The translations under genes and the position numbers were made by a program. A model generated the notes under the pieces. The model was not told the origin of the DNA. It searched no databases and worked only from the letters and a program-made list of their open reading frames with translations. A stretch of DNA of 52,981 nucleotides, filler included, from Sphacelaria rigidula (Eukaryota): NCBI GenBank assembly GCA_964200075.2. It is 3 parts of 3 records of this genome, joined end to end, with 100 filler letters (N's around TTAATTAATTAA, not from the genome) between each part and the next. Parts side by side here need not be neighbours in the genome. Positions count along the whole stretch, not along the records: positions 1 to 17,596 come from CAXNAA020001033.1; 2 more parts are not named here. The stretch is one strand, 5' to 3'. Shown here in pieces: positions 1 through 13,500 of this stretch (its first letter is position 1; the number at the start of each line of letters is the position of its first letter).

Positions 1-1528
1 CGCGGCGTGGGGGTCGGGGGGCGGGGTGGGGCGCGTTGGTGGCGTACTCATTTGTTGCTTGCCTTAGTCGTTTGACCATTGGCCACGCATCCCTCTCGAG
101 ACGGAGCACGGTGGGGTGGGGGGCATGTTGAATTGTGGCGCAATATATGAATGTACATCTTCTCACACGCAGTCGATGTACAAGTACGGTATCGGCGTGC
201 TGTGTTCGTATGCGCCCCCTTACAGTTATGACTACTCGTGAATTCCACGACGAGCGCGAGCAAGGTCTACGCATGTGGCTTGAAACAAAGCACGCTTGAG
301 CCTCCGCGCTCCTGCCATCCCAATAACGCTATTGAGAGCTTACAGCGTGCGTCTAGCTTGTGTTCCTAGTGGTCCTTGTGTTCTTTGCGGCTCTTGTGGT
401 CCTGTCCTCATACCGGGCACTGGGCACACATGGTGACGGAGGGGCAGAAATACTATTAGAATACAAGCAGAGTACTTACAGGCCATGTTGAAGCCCGAAG
501 CCACAGTTCTTTTGTCCTGTGATACGACCCCGCGGTGTCAATTTCGCCACGTAAGTTGTCGGCACGTACCCGCAGTCACGGGTTGGTTCTAATTCTGGAC
601 CTGCAAGCGCTGGGAGATGGGTATTGCACGGGATTCTGTCATGTGCATGTGTTTGACGTATGTCCCTGTGGCACTGTTTGTGTCGGTAATCATGCTCGTT
701 CGAAAACTCCTGGTGTTAAGTAATTGTTTTATGAATACAGCAAAGGGCAAGGGACATTCGTTTGCCTTCTCCTTTTGGGTGGCGTGGTTGGTGGGAACTG
801 ACAGTTGTAACCCTAGCCACTCGATGGGTTCCGAACAGATAGTCAGTGGCGTCTGGTTCGATCTTTTGTCACAAAATACAAAATTCAACAGCCATATTCC
901 AACCTCGGCTGTTTTTGGCTCCAACTGCGCCAGATGTCGTCTCTCTCTCACCCACCCACCCACTCACCCACTGAAATACTACCTTCAATATTCGGCAAAC
1001 AAATCTCATTATCCACCAACGTCGTGTGTTTGGTTTTCCCATCGATTCGTCAATCTGCAATCTGCGTAGTTTGACTTGCTCCTGCTCTTGTTGGTTATTG
1101 GTGGCGTTTATCCGACAGAAACATAAAAAATACACGAATGTTCCGCCTGTCCTTGTTTCGTTAACCTTACCTTACCTCACTTTACTACTACCTCAACACT
1201 ACCTTACCTTACAGCATCACAATCATCTTTCCCTGCTGCCTGTTGCTTGTTTGTGCTGCTGCACTCCCTAGTGATCTCTAGTAATAGTGCGTCATGTGTC
1301 ACGAGTAAAATAGCCTTTACCCACCCCATGTCTCACGCCCTGTTTGTTTTACTGCTGTCGCCCATGCTTGGACCTTTGCACGTTGGACCAGCATAAGCAA
1401 TGACAAGCAAGGCTTCGAAGCTTCACCAGTGTCTGCCTCGTCTCAACCATGCCCAAACCTCAACTGTTTGCAGTATATTGTATTGTGATGTGACGTATTT
1501 TGATGTGATGTGATTTGGAACCAAGCAG

Positions 1529-4500
1529 ACTCCCCGACCACCTCTGAAGATCTGCCTAGTACACCGGTGGTACTTCCAACGGACTGGCCGGACTGGGGAG
1601 AAGAAGGGGATCACCCGGCAACGCCCGATTGCGGAAACGCCTCGCTTCCCGATGTGCGCTACGCTTCCACCACGAAGTGAGTGCAGTACTACACTATAGT
1701 ACACTGAAGTACAGTACAGCACAGTATGGTATAGTATCCATTTGTGCTGAGCGAAGATTGGCTTGGAACGAAGATTTGATTCGGTATTATAATAGTCTCC
1801 TTCTTTGTGCCCTCTGTTTTCTCCTCATCTCTTTGTGTTTTCACCTCGTCCCGGTGTATGGAGTCGCCGTTGGGCGGCCTTGCTTGTTGCTTCCGTAGGG
1901 TCGACGGCTTTTTTTATTGTTTTTTCGTTTGGGCATGCCGAAATATGCTTGTGCCGTTGCTCGTGTAAGACCTTTTTCACCTTGAGCCATGTTGCAGGGA
2001 ACGGCCATTCAGGTGTTACAATTTCCCTCCCCCCAGTCTACATTTTGTGTCTATTCCACCTTTCCGTTTTGTTCTCTCGGCTACGTGTGTGGTATGACCA
2101 TCAATATCATGTGGATAATCACCGCGACAAGGCTGGATCATGACCACCTGGGACATCGATCAGTCAATGTGCGACAATCAATCGATCAATCAAATTAATC
2201 AAGCAACTGTTGTACTGTATGTACCGTAATTTGCGCGAGACGCCGTTTTTTCGGAATCGGAACAGCTTCAGTACGCGAGAGCGAAGCGAGTCGTGGAGTT
2301 GTAGCCCGTCGCTATCTGTCCGCTTCTCTCTACAGAAGGTCTTATGCGTTTGTTCTGTTTCGTTATTTTACCATTTTTTTGTTAGTAGCTGTTGCGGAGA
2401 GCCTTCGTGATTCGCAGTGTGTCGGTTGTATGGTTGTATGGTTCGATTGGACAGTGACCATCCTCCCGGCCGTTACCTGACCGTCACTATCTTCCTGCAG
2501 TGCAGGGAAGGGAAGGGAAGCATGTAAGTGTCGCTATGATGTTTCAAGATGGCGTAAAAGAGTTGATCTACTGTTCATGGAAAGTTATCTAAGCTCAAAG
2601 GGTCGACCATCTGGATATCGCGTTATCGAACTGAGCAATCTTGGCTACTTGTACGCACAATGGATGATGCATGGTTCATGATGCAGGCGCATTTATGTGG
2701 AGCACAACGACACTCGAGGTGGCTGCGTCACATTGACCGACATTTATGACGGCGACAAATTGCCCCTTTATCCAATGGATCCGGATACGAACGAACGTGA
2801 GTGCTATACACGGTAAAAATAAGTGGAGGGCATCAAGCCTTTTCAAATGATTGGCTTGGCAAGTGTTTCTTCCACCATGTTCCGACCAGGCTCAAAATCA
2901 CGTGAGATCTTAGCTGCACAATATACACTTCTGCTGTTCGGTCCAGAGATGGGCATGCGGCGTTCTTTTTGACAGCCGCTGGTGTGTATCTTGAGTGATG
3001 GATGACGTGTTTTCCCGCACCATTCGGGTCCGCTATTTCCGATTTTTAAATTTCAAAATATCGGCGCAGTAACGTCTGTTTTGAAAATAATCGTAGTTTC
3101 GTGTGATTATCCTCCACCCACCGCGTTGTTGTTGTGGTTGTTGTTGTTGTTGTTGTTGTGTTGTGAGTGTTGGCCTTATGTCAGGCTTTTTTGACCACCC
3201 ACCCGGGTTACATTTTTCACCCCAGGCGCAGCACTATTATGCTAAGTATTCGAAATATGTTAAGACCGCTCAAGTCGTGGTTCAATTCCATTTTTGCCCA
3301 CCCACCCGGGTTACATATCGACCCCAGGCACAGCACTATATCGCCAAGCATTCGAAATATGTGAAGACCGCTCAAGTCGTGGTTACATTTGGACTTTCGG
3401 CACAAGTACCCTAATCCTGCAGTAAGTCTACAGTAAGTCTACAGTATGTCTGCTAAAATCATCTGAAGGTAACAACTTCACTATTATTATCACCAGGTAC
3501 GAGCATCTTGATATACATATCGAGGAATTGCCCAGCATAAGATGCTTTTAGATCAGCGCGCAGAGCACCTAATTGCAAGCATGACTTTACTCGTGCACAA
3601 GCTGTTCCAAATGATCACACTGTACACATGGGAGGATCATTTGATGCAGACTTTCAAAGCATGTGCACTTTATACGGTATTGCTTTTACACACACATGGC
3701 GAAATAGAAAATTCGCAATATTGAACGCGTGATGGGCTATTTTTCACGCGTCAAAAAGTTTATGCGTCTTCGGTACGTGATGATGTTACTGAGCTCGATC
3801 TAAGATGATGGTTTGACGCCTTGCCTTGCACTTGAAAAGCCTCAAAGAATGTGAGCACTTTCAACACGAAATGTTTCATGCAGTGTACCCGTCGTTATCC
3901 GCGAAATTTGAATAGCTCAAGATTTCCCTGCTCTCGGACTGGTATTCGACTCAAGTGAGTTCGATAAAAACCGTATCGATCGTATCGGTCATATCGGTCA
4001 TATCGGTCATATCGGTCATATCGGTCACATCAGTCATGCTCGACCTTGAGTGAGATGGCGAAACGTCAACATCAAGGAGAACCGTGAATTGCCGACAGGC
4101 TGGTACTGCAAGTGCACATATCCCTGGAACAGAGCACCAAATACAAATAATCCCAACAGCCAAAAACCAAGACCCCGGATGCTATGTACTTCCACCGGTT
4201 CCGTTCGGAACAGACGAGCTTGATTCGGCACGTACAGGGAAAATCTATAGAATGACGTCCCATCCTGAATGGTGTGGTCACCCCGGGCTTGTGTGAGGTA
4301 AGGCGCTGTTCCACTTTTTGTGTACCCGATAAATTGGACCTGTCGGGTAGCTGCTCAAGCCTTGTTCAAATCTTACACTCCCCCCTCCCCCAAGTATTAC
4401 GTGGTGCTTTATCGACCTTAAAGTTGCAAACTCTCTAATATATGTGGGGGGTCTCCTGGTGGGATCGAGAGTGATCGCTCGCCCGGCTAGAGTGACTGCA

Positions 4501-7500
4501 GTATCGCCGATCTCGTCACAAGTCCAGGCAGTCTTGTGCTTCACGAATGGTACAGTACTTTGACTATTGAAAAGTGGGTATCTTCAGAAAAGCTTCGTAC
4601 TGTAGGGAAAAATGTAACTGCGAGTTTCCAGAAGCAAACGTGAGGGAGAAGTGTTTCAAGCGAAAGCGACTTGTACCTCTACCACCTCTTGAACTGTCGA
4701 AATGTTATTTTACCTGCACGGCATGACCTTCCGGAGTCGAACACCGGGGTTGAGAGGAAAGCTAAGGAAAGGTCGCTTCACCAAGATCAAGAGCAATTTT
4801 CGTTTTTTTCGTCACCCGGTTCCCACAATCAGATAATCAGGCCAATTTGGGCCAATTTGGGCCATCAGTGATTGGACTCACATGAGAAAACGAAGTGTCG
4901 AGCGTAGATATCTTCCATATATATACAAAATCTACAGTATGTGTTGCGAAAACCTGCTTGTATGTGACACACGAGGGTGTTCGTAGATTAAAACGGCGGG
5001 GTGGAGACGCACTATTTACAGTATATTAGAGCTAAACCACGAGCAACAGCTTAACGCCGAGGCCGGAAAACAAGCGAGGCTAAGGGGCTAAGAAGCCAAG
5101 AGGCTGAGAATCGTGTCGTGCGCTTGCCCGCGTACTTCGTATTGCTTATTGCTTTTCATGACATTTTGCTGTTGCCTGTTTGCAGTCGTTCTGTTTTGCT
5201 CAGCTTATGTTGGTTGCCTTGTTGGTTTCTTGTCGGGTCGTGGCGTGGCGTGTCGCGTTGTGCTGTGCTGTGCTGTGCTGTGCTGGGTCGCTGCTTCACA
5301 GGCGTTGACACCGTGACTGGCGTTTGGTTACTCACGGAAGAGCTCTACATCACTGACGGGGTTACGCTTCAGGTGCGTCGTGGTACTACAGCGTATGCAC
5401 AGCGCACCATACCATACCATCACCTCATGCCAGCATCGATTTGGTGCAATCGTCTCTGTGCAGTGTCCACCGTCATGGCTGCAGTAGTGCCGTGGCGTCG
5501 TACAATAGTAGCCAGAGCTGGGCCTTCACGAAAGCAAGGCAAGTTTCACGTGTTAACGCTAGGGTGCTCTGTTGCCGTGCTGCCGTAGTGCTGCTGTAGT
5601 CATGACTTTGCTGATGCTGATTTGGTCCATTTTGAGCAGCAGAGTGCTGAAGCAAGAAATGTCGACATATTGTCATGTCTCTTTTGTGTATTGTTGCGCT
5701 GTTTTATCGTATTGCCGCAGGTCCACGGGACGGCTGTCGGAGGCGACTGCGACGAGCTGAGACTGCTGAGCAACGAAAGTACTTTCCTCAACCTGAGAGC
5801 GCACGGGGGTAGTCTCTCGTTCTTGGGAACAAAGGTGCACTGCAGCACTACTGCACAACTGCCCTAGTGTACTATGACTTGACTCTACTTACAGTACGCC
5901 TCACCTGATGATACTGTATGTGGGTATACTGTAGTGTGGAAATCCTCTCAGGAGGGGGAAAATATGACTACTAGCACCGCGAGCACCATTAAAAATAATA
6001 AATATGATAGCACCACTAGCACTAGAGCATTAGAGTATGCGGAGAAGCTATTAGCCTACTCACCGTAGATATTGACGACGGTGATCATGCTGAGGAGGTA
6101 CACTATTACTACTGTAGCTGTTGCTCGTGTGCAAGCAACGTACGTAAAGAGGTTGAGATGCATGAGCTGACCAGGTGCAGCAGGGTGGCATGAGGAGAGT
6201 GGACGGTGTAGGTGCTGCTGGTAATGAGGTTGTGATGAATGTTTTCGACCGATTACCGGCGTGTTCTCCCAGACGAGTAGGAAGTCCTCAGTTAGTGTAG
6301 GGTTACACATGGACGGCATGGCACTTACTTGGGGGAAACAGAACGTCAAGAGCCACAGCGATTGGCGGGGGTCTCTACGCGGAGCGGCGCACGTGGTCGA
6401 CGCGAGATGGACAATGGCATGTGGCAGTACTCTTTTACGTGTACAGTACTGCAAAGTACACCACACCGTCAGGCTGCCCAGAGTGGAGCACGTACGTACA
6501 GATATCTCAAGCTGCGTGCGAATATAATTATCTGTCGATGTACTATCTGGTGCTCTTTTGATGGGAGCTACATTTGCTGTGAAGCAAGAGTTGAGGGTGG
6601 CATTGTCAAGAGGTGATGTTTTCTATGAAAAACTAGGAGCATGAAGTGTACGTTCAAGTCACTCGTATGAAGTTTGAAGGTGGGTGCTTGTATTGAAGAA
6701 TCAGATGGTGGTGTCAACGGCGTCCCCGACTACTCAACGTCTCAATGTCTCAACTCCTCAACTCTATGACTCTGTTCTTGCAGGTGGTATCTTGGGACGA
6801 AGGCAAAGGCACGGTGGACACTCATCATGAAGACGGCCGTTCGTACATCTCTGCCGTCAGCGAAGTCCTTTACGATGCAGCTCTCTCCTGCGACGGCGAA
6901 CCCAAGGTGCCCCCAGCCGCAATTTAGAAATTTCTCGTCACATGCAACCAAGGATTAGTAATGGGGTCAGATTGATGTTTGTTGTCGCTTCGGAACAGAT
7001 TCATGTGGAGCGAAGGGAGCCACGTGGGCGTAACCCGTCCATCGCAGCCCACACAAGTAGTTTACGCTTGAATGATCTTCCTATGCGGGTAATCTTTGAT
7101 GCAATTGCTACAATACAACGAGACCTGCCAAGTGGAAAGTTGCCAGTATCTTTTCAGATTACAGAGCGCTGTACATGTCTGACATTGTTGAATGCCTGCT
7201 GGCACCCACGCCGTACGGAACAGCACGAATGCTTTACAATTCCAATTGGCACAGCTCATTGCACAGCCCACGAGAGCGTGACATAGGCTGTACCGTGGTA
7301 GTCGCGATGCTAATCAGATTGGGTCGTGTGATACAGAGGGTGCATCATTATCCCGGGCTCTTGGTGAAGTGTGTCCAGAAGCTTCTTCTGTTATGCTTCC
7401 GCTTGCCTGAGGACATGAACAGCACCCATTGCTGTGTACTTTTCGCAGAACCCCTGATGATTACGCGTGATTCTTGGAGGTTGGTGGGCTGTTTCTGACG

Positions 7501-10500
7501 AGACGTCATATTGTGCGCATGTCAGTCAGCGTGTAAGTCAGGCCTCCCCCCCCGGTTACAGTTGTGCGCTCGGACTTGCCTATCTGAAAGATGGGGCTAT
7601 GCGCAAGGCCTTGCGCAGGCGGTGTATCGTATGTAGCGATGGATGATTCGTTTTTTCCGCTGTGTTTTTCGCCAGACTTACAACCTTAGCCTTAGCCCCT
7701 TCTCTTCCTTTCCCTCCCCTTGCTCGGGATGAGTCCGTAGTATTGATATTGATAGTATATAATGGTCTCCGAGAATTATTTGGATCAACCTACAAAATTT
7801 TAATACTGTACGAAATAGTTCTTACTGCATCTCTTCCTCGGTATATTACACACAAGTTACATTTTGGTGTACTGTAGTATGGCGGATTACACCACGACTT
7901 TCGCACCCCGTCGACTGTCGTACCAACTCACTCAATCAACACTATACACTATATGTGGTATGTGCCACTCACGTTTTCGACGATGCTATAATATATACTC
8001 CGGAGAATGTATACTTCAGCTCCAACCATATAAGACAGGGGCAAAGGCAGTGCTTCTTGCTGTTCCCTTAGTCTATGCCCTCTGCAGAGTCCCTCCAGTG
8101 CTGTCAACGTAGTTTCACACTGAAAGTATCGTTGTAGAACACTAAGCAGAGATAGCAACAGCGAGCAGTAGGTCGGGCATGGTGGAGTCATCCTGAGATA
8201 AGGGGGGGAGAGGGGGGGATTTGGCACCATTTTTTCTGCGAAAGCAGCAACAGTTGTTCAAACGCAGTTTTTATCGAAAATACCTCAAGTTCAAAGTAGC
8301 ACGGACTGTTTTGGGATTTTTCTCGCGTACTACTTTTCGATATAACTCGAAAGTGCTAGCGTCAGTAGATTTTGATTCAGTATACAGATCGTTCTCAGAA
8401 CACAGTGCCCAAGTTAGTGTTGGTTGATTTTATCGGGCGATGCGAGTAGATACCCCGTTTATCAGGGTGTTGTTGACCGTGAAACACAGTTTTTGGCTCT
8501 AGTGCAATGAGTACGTGAAATTTAAGAAATAGGCCCTTTTCACTTATTCACAAACACGATCGGGACAGACTCGATCGACCGAAAATACCGAAGAGTCAGA
8601 ATCTGGACTGGAGAGTGGCAGGACCCCCGATGACCGGTCAGCCCCTAAGTCACTAAAAATTGAATATATATATGTACTTTTTTTTTTCTTGAAATGTGGA
8701 GCGGGTACTAGTATCTTCAGATCCCCAATGTGATGAGCGGTGGCATGCGAAAGAACCGAAGACAATCGCCAATTACGAAGAAATCACCAAATATACTACT
8801 TCGAACTTGAGGTACTGTAGTAATAGATTATAATAGTGACGAACATCCGAAGGGGCATTCATGCTTCCGCCGTAGCACACAGTAGAATATTTGGATTTCA
8901 TTGATACCAGCTATTCTATTATAGTTATACTGTAAAATACGGGGTAGTTGGAATATGATAGTTGAAGTTGGACCACGATGCGCGGCGGTGTGTGCGTAAA
9001 ATATCACGTGTGGCGTTTGAATAATACTGTACTCGTAGCAAGTGTCGCTCTCGTGCTCAAGTTTTGGGTGCTCCGATGGGAGTATCACTACACTACAGTG
9101 TACTGTACCTTATATGCTGCGTTTGTTTGTGCGCCGTCGTTGCTTTGTGCGCGTGTGTATCTTGTATCCCACAGTCAGACATGGGCGAAGCACGCATGGA
9201 CGTTATTGACTCGGAGATAGGCTACCTGGGCTTTCACGATTCAGAATCCTACGGGTTGGTTTGGAAGGTGAAGTCGTGGTGTTATAGTGTAACGTCATGC
9301 AGGAAGTTCATGCATGCCACTCGCGAGCGTATAGTTGTCGTTATGGATTTCACTCAACGGAATTGAATCGTACCGATTGAACTTCGTGTGTACCAATACC
9401 ATGCTAATTCCGGTCCAAGTCTCAAGTGTCAAGTCTAGTCTTGGGCACGGCTGGTACGGCGATTTATGATTTTGGCGTGAATGGCGTTGTACAAGCTAGT
9501 ATGGTGGGATACGTTTCCGTGATGTCTCTTGTTCGAACTGTTTTCTGAGTGTTTTTGGTTTCTCGGAGAGGTCTCAACACGTGTTTTTTTGTTGCCATGT
9601 GCTTACAATGGTGTGGCTGGACAATCCTGCGCTGTGGATTGAACAAAAGGAAGTTTTCAAATGAATCCACAGGTTGAGGTACTGCAATCGTCAGTGGTGA
9701 GTGGCTCACTTATACGGGCGATGTTGAATGTGTTTCTGCCGGATTCTCAGGTTTACGGTGGTTGTGATTAGTTGTGATTGTGCAGTACCGGCTTATCGCG
9801 CTGATGTGAGATGTATGCCATGCCATTGGCCATTGGCCATTGGCCATACACGCAGGTGCGCGGTTTCTGCGTAGACAAGAGCAACCCGGAGGTATTCGCA
9901 GAAGTTAATGTGTACGGCAACATCATCAACTCCGACATACACCACAACTGTGAGTGCACATCCACTGTAGACTAAAATACTAAGGGAAGAGGCTACCGTT
10001 GCCAAGTCTCAGTCTCAGGTCATGATGTAATGATGAAGGTAATTGTGAACAGCTCTCCAGGTTTGAAGCCACCACACTCAAATTTAGCTTTGCCGTCGCC
10101 GAAACGTGGATCTCCATTCCGGTCTGTGCTCCATCTTGGCCGTTTATTCGCACGATTTCCTCCGTTCTTTCGAAGAGAACAAGTTGCTGGACAAATTCAG
10201 CTAATTCAGCTAATTCAGCTCACTGGCAGGGGAGAAATTTGCCCATCTGTTCTCATATACTGATGTTCTGGTTGAAGTTGTTTTCGACATTTCAGTGCTG
10301 TCAATGCTGTCAGTGCTGTCAATGCTGTCAATGTTGTGTGGCAATCAAGATGGCACTTCAAGGTTCTTCACTTGGCACTGAAATGAAACTGTCGACGTAT
10401 TCTGCTGTCCTCAATACTTGGAAGTACTTTTTTTCTCTCGATACAGTGCGGGCAGCGCACTTAATCGCGTCGATGTGCCCGCCCTCCGCAGCGTGGCTAC

Positions 10501-13500
10501 GTGTCTTACCGATGAGCACTAGCATGGAAGCTCTACCCTTTGCAGATTCAGCTGTGTCACCGTTCTTGTTGATCCTCAAGGAAACAGTTGGAAGCAGATG
10601 CGCAACAGACTGCACGACTACATGATCTGCTTTTTATGGCAGTTTGGTGTTGTTTGGTGTTGTCGTGATCTTGTGATATTTAACACTGTGGGGACCGTGA
10701 CGATTGTGATGATGGTGCTGATGGCTGACCTCCCTTCTGCTTTTTATTTCTGTGCTGTGCTGGAATGGAATGGAATGGAATGGAATGGAATGGAATGGAT
10801 CCATGCTGTGTGCGGTGTGCGGCATGCTGCTGCCACTGCTGTTGGTGATGGCACCACACCTATCACACCGTCGCTGCTGTTGGTTTCATGGCATTGCTGG
10901 ATCATGACTGGTCATGACGTCATATTACTGCTGATACGGGAATGACGTGATCACTTGTCGGATATCCATATCCTGATGATGACCAACGGAATGGTGACCA
11001 ACGGAACCAACGCTCGTCACGACCACAAATCCAGATTTCGGCATGTACAGGTACAGTGATGTCATCCCTTTCCATCCATTTCGTACCGCAAAGCTTTTTT
11101 TCACAACTGCGAGATACTGATGTGCACTAGGTCCAGGTGGCACACGTTCTTATGCCGATGGGCAAAGATCCCTTCCTCCCCGCGAGCTCAAGCTTGTATG
11201 TACGTATCTATGAGGCAGATGCTTGCTTTGCGATGAAACGCCGGGCCAGGTGACGGTTGCATTCGACATGACAAAGATGTTTCCTTCTGTCGAGCTCTTG
11301 GTTTTTTGGTGCGTCACAACACTTTTGCAGACCCAATAGGTATGGGATTCGTATGGACCGCATGTTCACATGTTGAGTTTCTCAAATGTAGTTGGAGTTG
11401 ACACCAAACGTACAGTTCACTTATCTACTCTACCATGCGTAATGTTGGAGCTATAAGTAGGGGGTTAATAATCCTTGTACAGGTAGGTATTGACACATGT
11501 CGTTCTGATGCCGTTACTGTTACCTACGCGTCGCTTCATTTGTGTGTGTATGTGTTTTTGCTGCGTTGTTCGTGCCCTAACCCAGCTACGGCCATCAGGG
11601 CGGAAACTGGAGCTACAACAAAATGCACGGTAAGCAAGCAGCATGTGAATGATGTTCCACACGGTTCTCGCGATTGGTGTATGACACGGATGTGATGTGT
11701 CAAGTTTAGTACATATGACGTCTTGACACCGCAAATCTGAGTCCGTACATAAATACAATGATCCCTCATGCTATCGGAGGGATTGATGCCATCTGCTCGC
11801 TTCTCTCGTTCTCCGTTGTTGATTGATTGATCAATTGAATCATTATCTCACGTTAGCTGATTGCAACAGTTTGTACACAGTCAGTACTTACAAGAATGCA
11901 GCACTTGGCCGCGTGAGGTTTGTTATCCTCGCCTTTTGTAGTCATGATTCAAGTTCAGCTGCGTTCTCTTTCTCTGAATCGGGTGCGGCTTGAACTTCTC
12001 TGAGTTGGAAAGTCTTCCTCTTTCCGCTCGTCATCGGTTTAGTGTCAGCCTATTTCGACTTTTCGTGAGTGCTTCTGTAGCTTGAGCATCTTAGACGACG
12101 TGGCGGAAGTGTGGCAGCCGTGTCGTCCCAAGCAAGCATCATGGTGTCCGTGCCGTGTGGTTTGCTCGAAGCGCTGAAATCTTGTATGTGTTTCTCGGCG
12201 ATGCGGTAGGGTCAAAAGTAATTCAAGTACATGTGCATGCCTTCATATTCATTTTCCCGCAAGAAACTGAACCTGGTGTTGGTTAGGGTTATCTATAGGG
12301 GCTTTCCGGCCTCGGTCTATTCGTTAGTATCTTTTCCCGCAAGAAACTGAACCTGGTGTTGGTTAGGGTTATCTATAGGGGCTTTCCGGCCTCGGTCTAT
12401 TCGTTAGTATCTGTCAAATGTATTTTTCGCGGTCAACTTCTTTCCGTTTGTTTCTTTTGGTGATCTTCTCTTGTGTTGTCACACGGGCAAAGATCACGGA
12501 ATACGAGTGCTATGTGATGCATGTGATGCATGTGATGCATGGCTTCGTGAAGTTACCATTTTTCTCCTCGATGTGTTAAAGTTTGTCTGTTCTGTCGTAT
12601 CGTCTGCTGGCAGATAACGTGGAGTACGGCTTTGATCCCCACGACGACTCGGACTACCTGATCATTCACGGGAACGACGTATGGGGAAACGGTTAGTATT
12701 TGCAGAATCACTTGCAACAATCATGCCGTTAACGTGTCATCGGCGACAAGTAATGATCATGTGTCGCTTCAGGGATACTGGGCATCTTACGTGCACTACG
12801 AGTAGTAGCGCTGGTATTCATGTTGAATGAGAGTGGCGTACGATTCTCTCCCTGTACACAGGGAAATTATAGGCTCCTCACCAATAGCGACAGCGACATT
12901 TGTAGAGAATCTAATGCGGCGTTAGGCATAGCACGTACTGTGTAGACACCGCGAACAACCGCACGCGTCGGTTATGCATCGCGCAAGCATCACAATGAAA
13001 GTGCGGCAGCATCGTGCAGCATCGTGTGGCTATCTATCGCTATGCTGCTGATCACCGCACAGTATCTTCCTGGATGGCACATGCATTCCATCAACACGTG
13101 ATGTCGTGATACCGTGATGGCGTGATGTATTAATATAACAGTCAGTGCTCAGTGCACTTGATGCCACGGATGAGTTTCACTATCAGGCACGATTACAGTT
13201 GGAGTTCCGATGGATCCGTTGGAGCCATTGCCCTCGTGCGTTGTCATCCACCAACGCCAACGCCAACACCAATCTCATGTGTAGCGCAGTAACGTAGGTA
13301 AGGTATTTGTTTCTCTTCAATGGAGCTACAGTATATCCATGGACACACACCCCCAGCCAAGCAATGCAGTAGTTGAAGTTGATATATCCTCCGCAGCAGG
13401 GTTGACCGTACGACCGCAAGAGCTCACATTACGAGTTTCTCGTTCTGCAAGGTGTAACGGTCATGATTTATACCAGTGGACGATACGCCAGCGCACGCAG

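Noticed and set aside
892..940. Possible WSC-domain exon (PYSNLGCF) upstream of MC5E
   Set aside because: Only a 4-residue resemblance. No further WSC cysteines or compatible exon structure were found.
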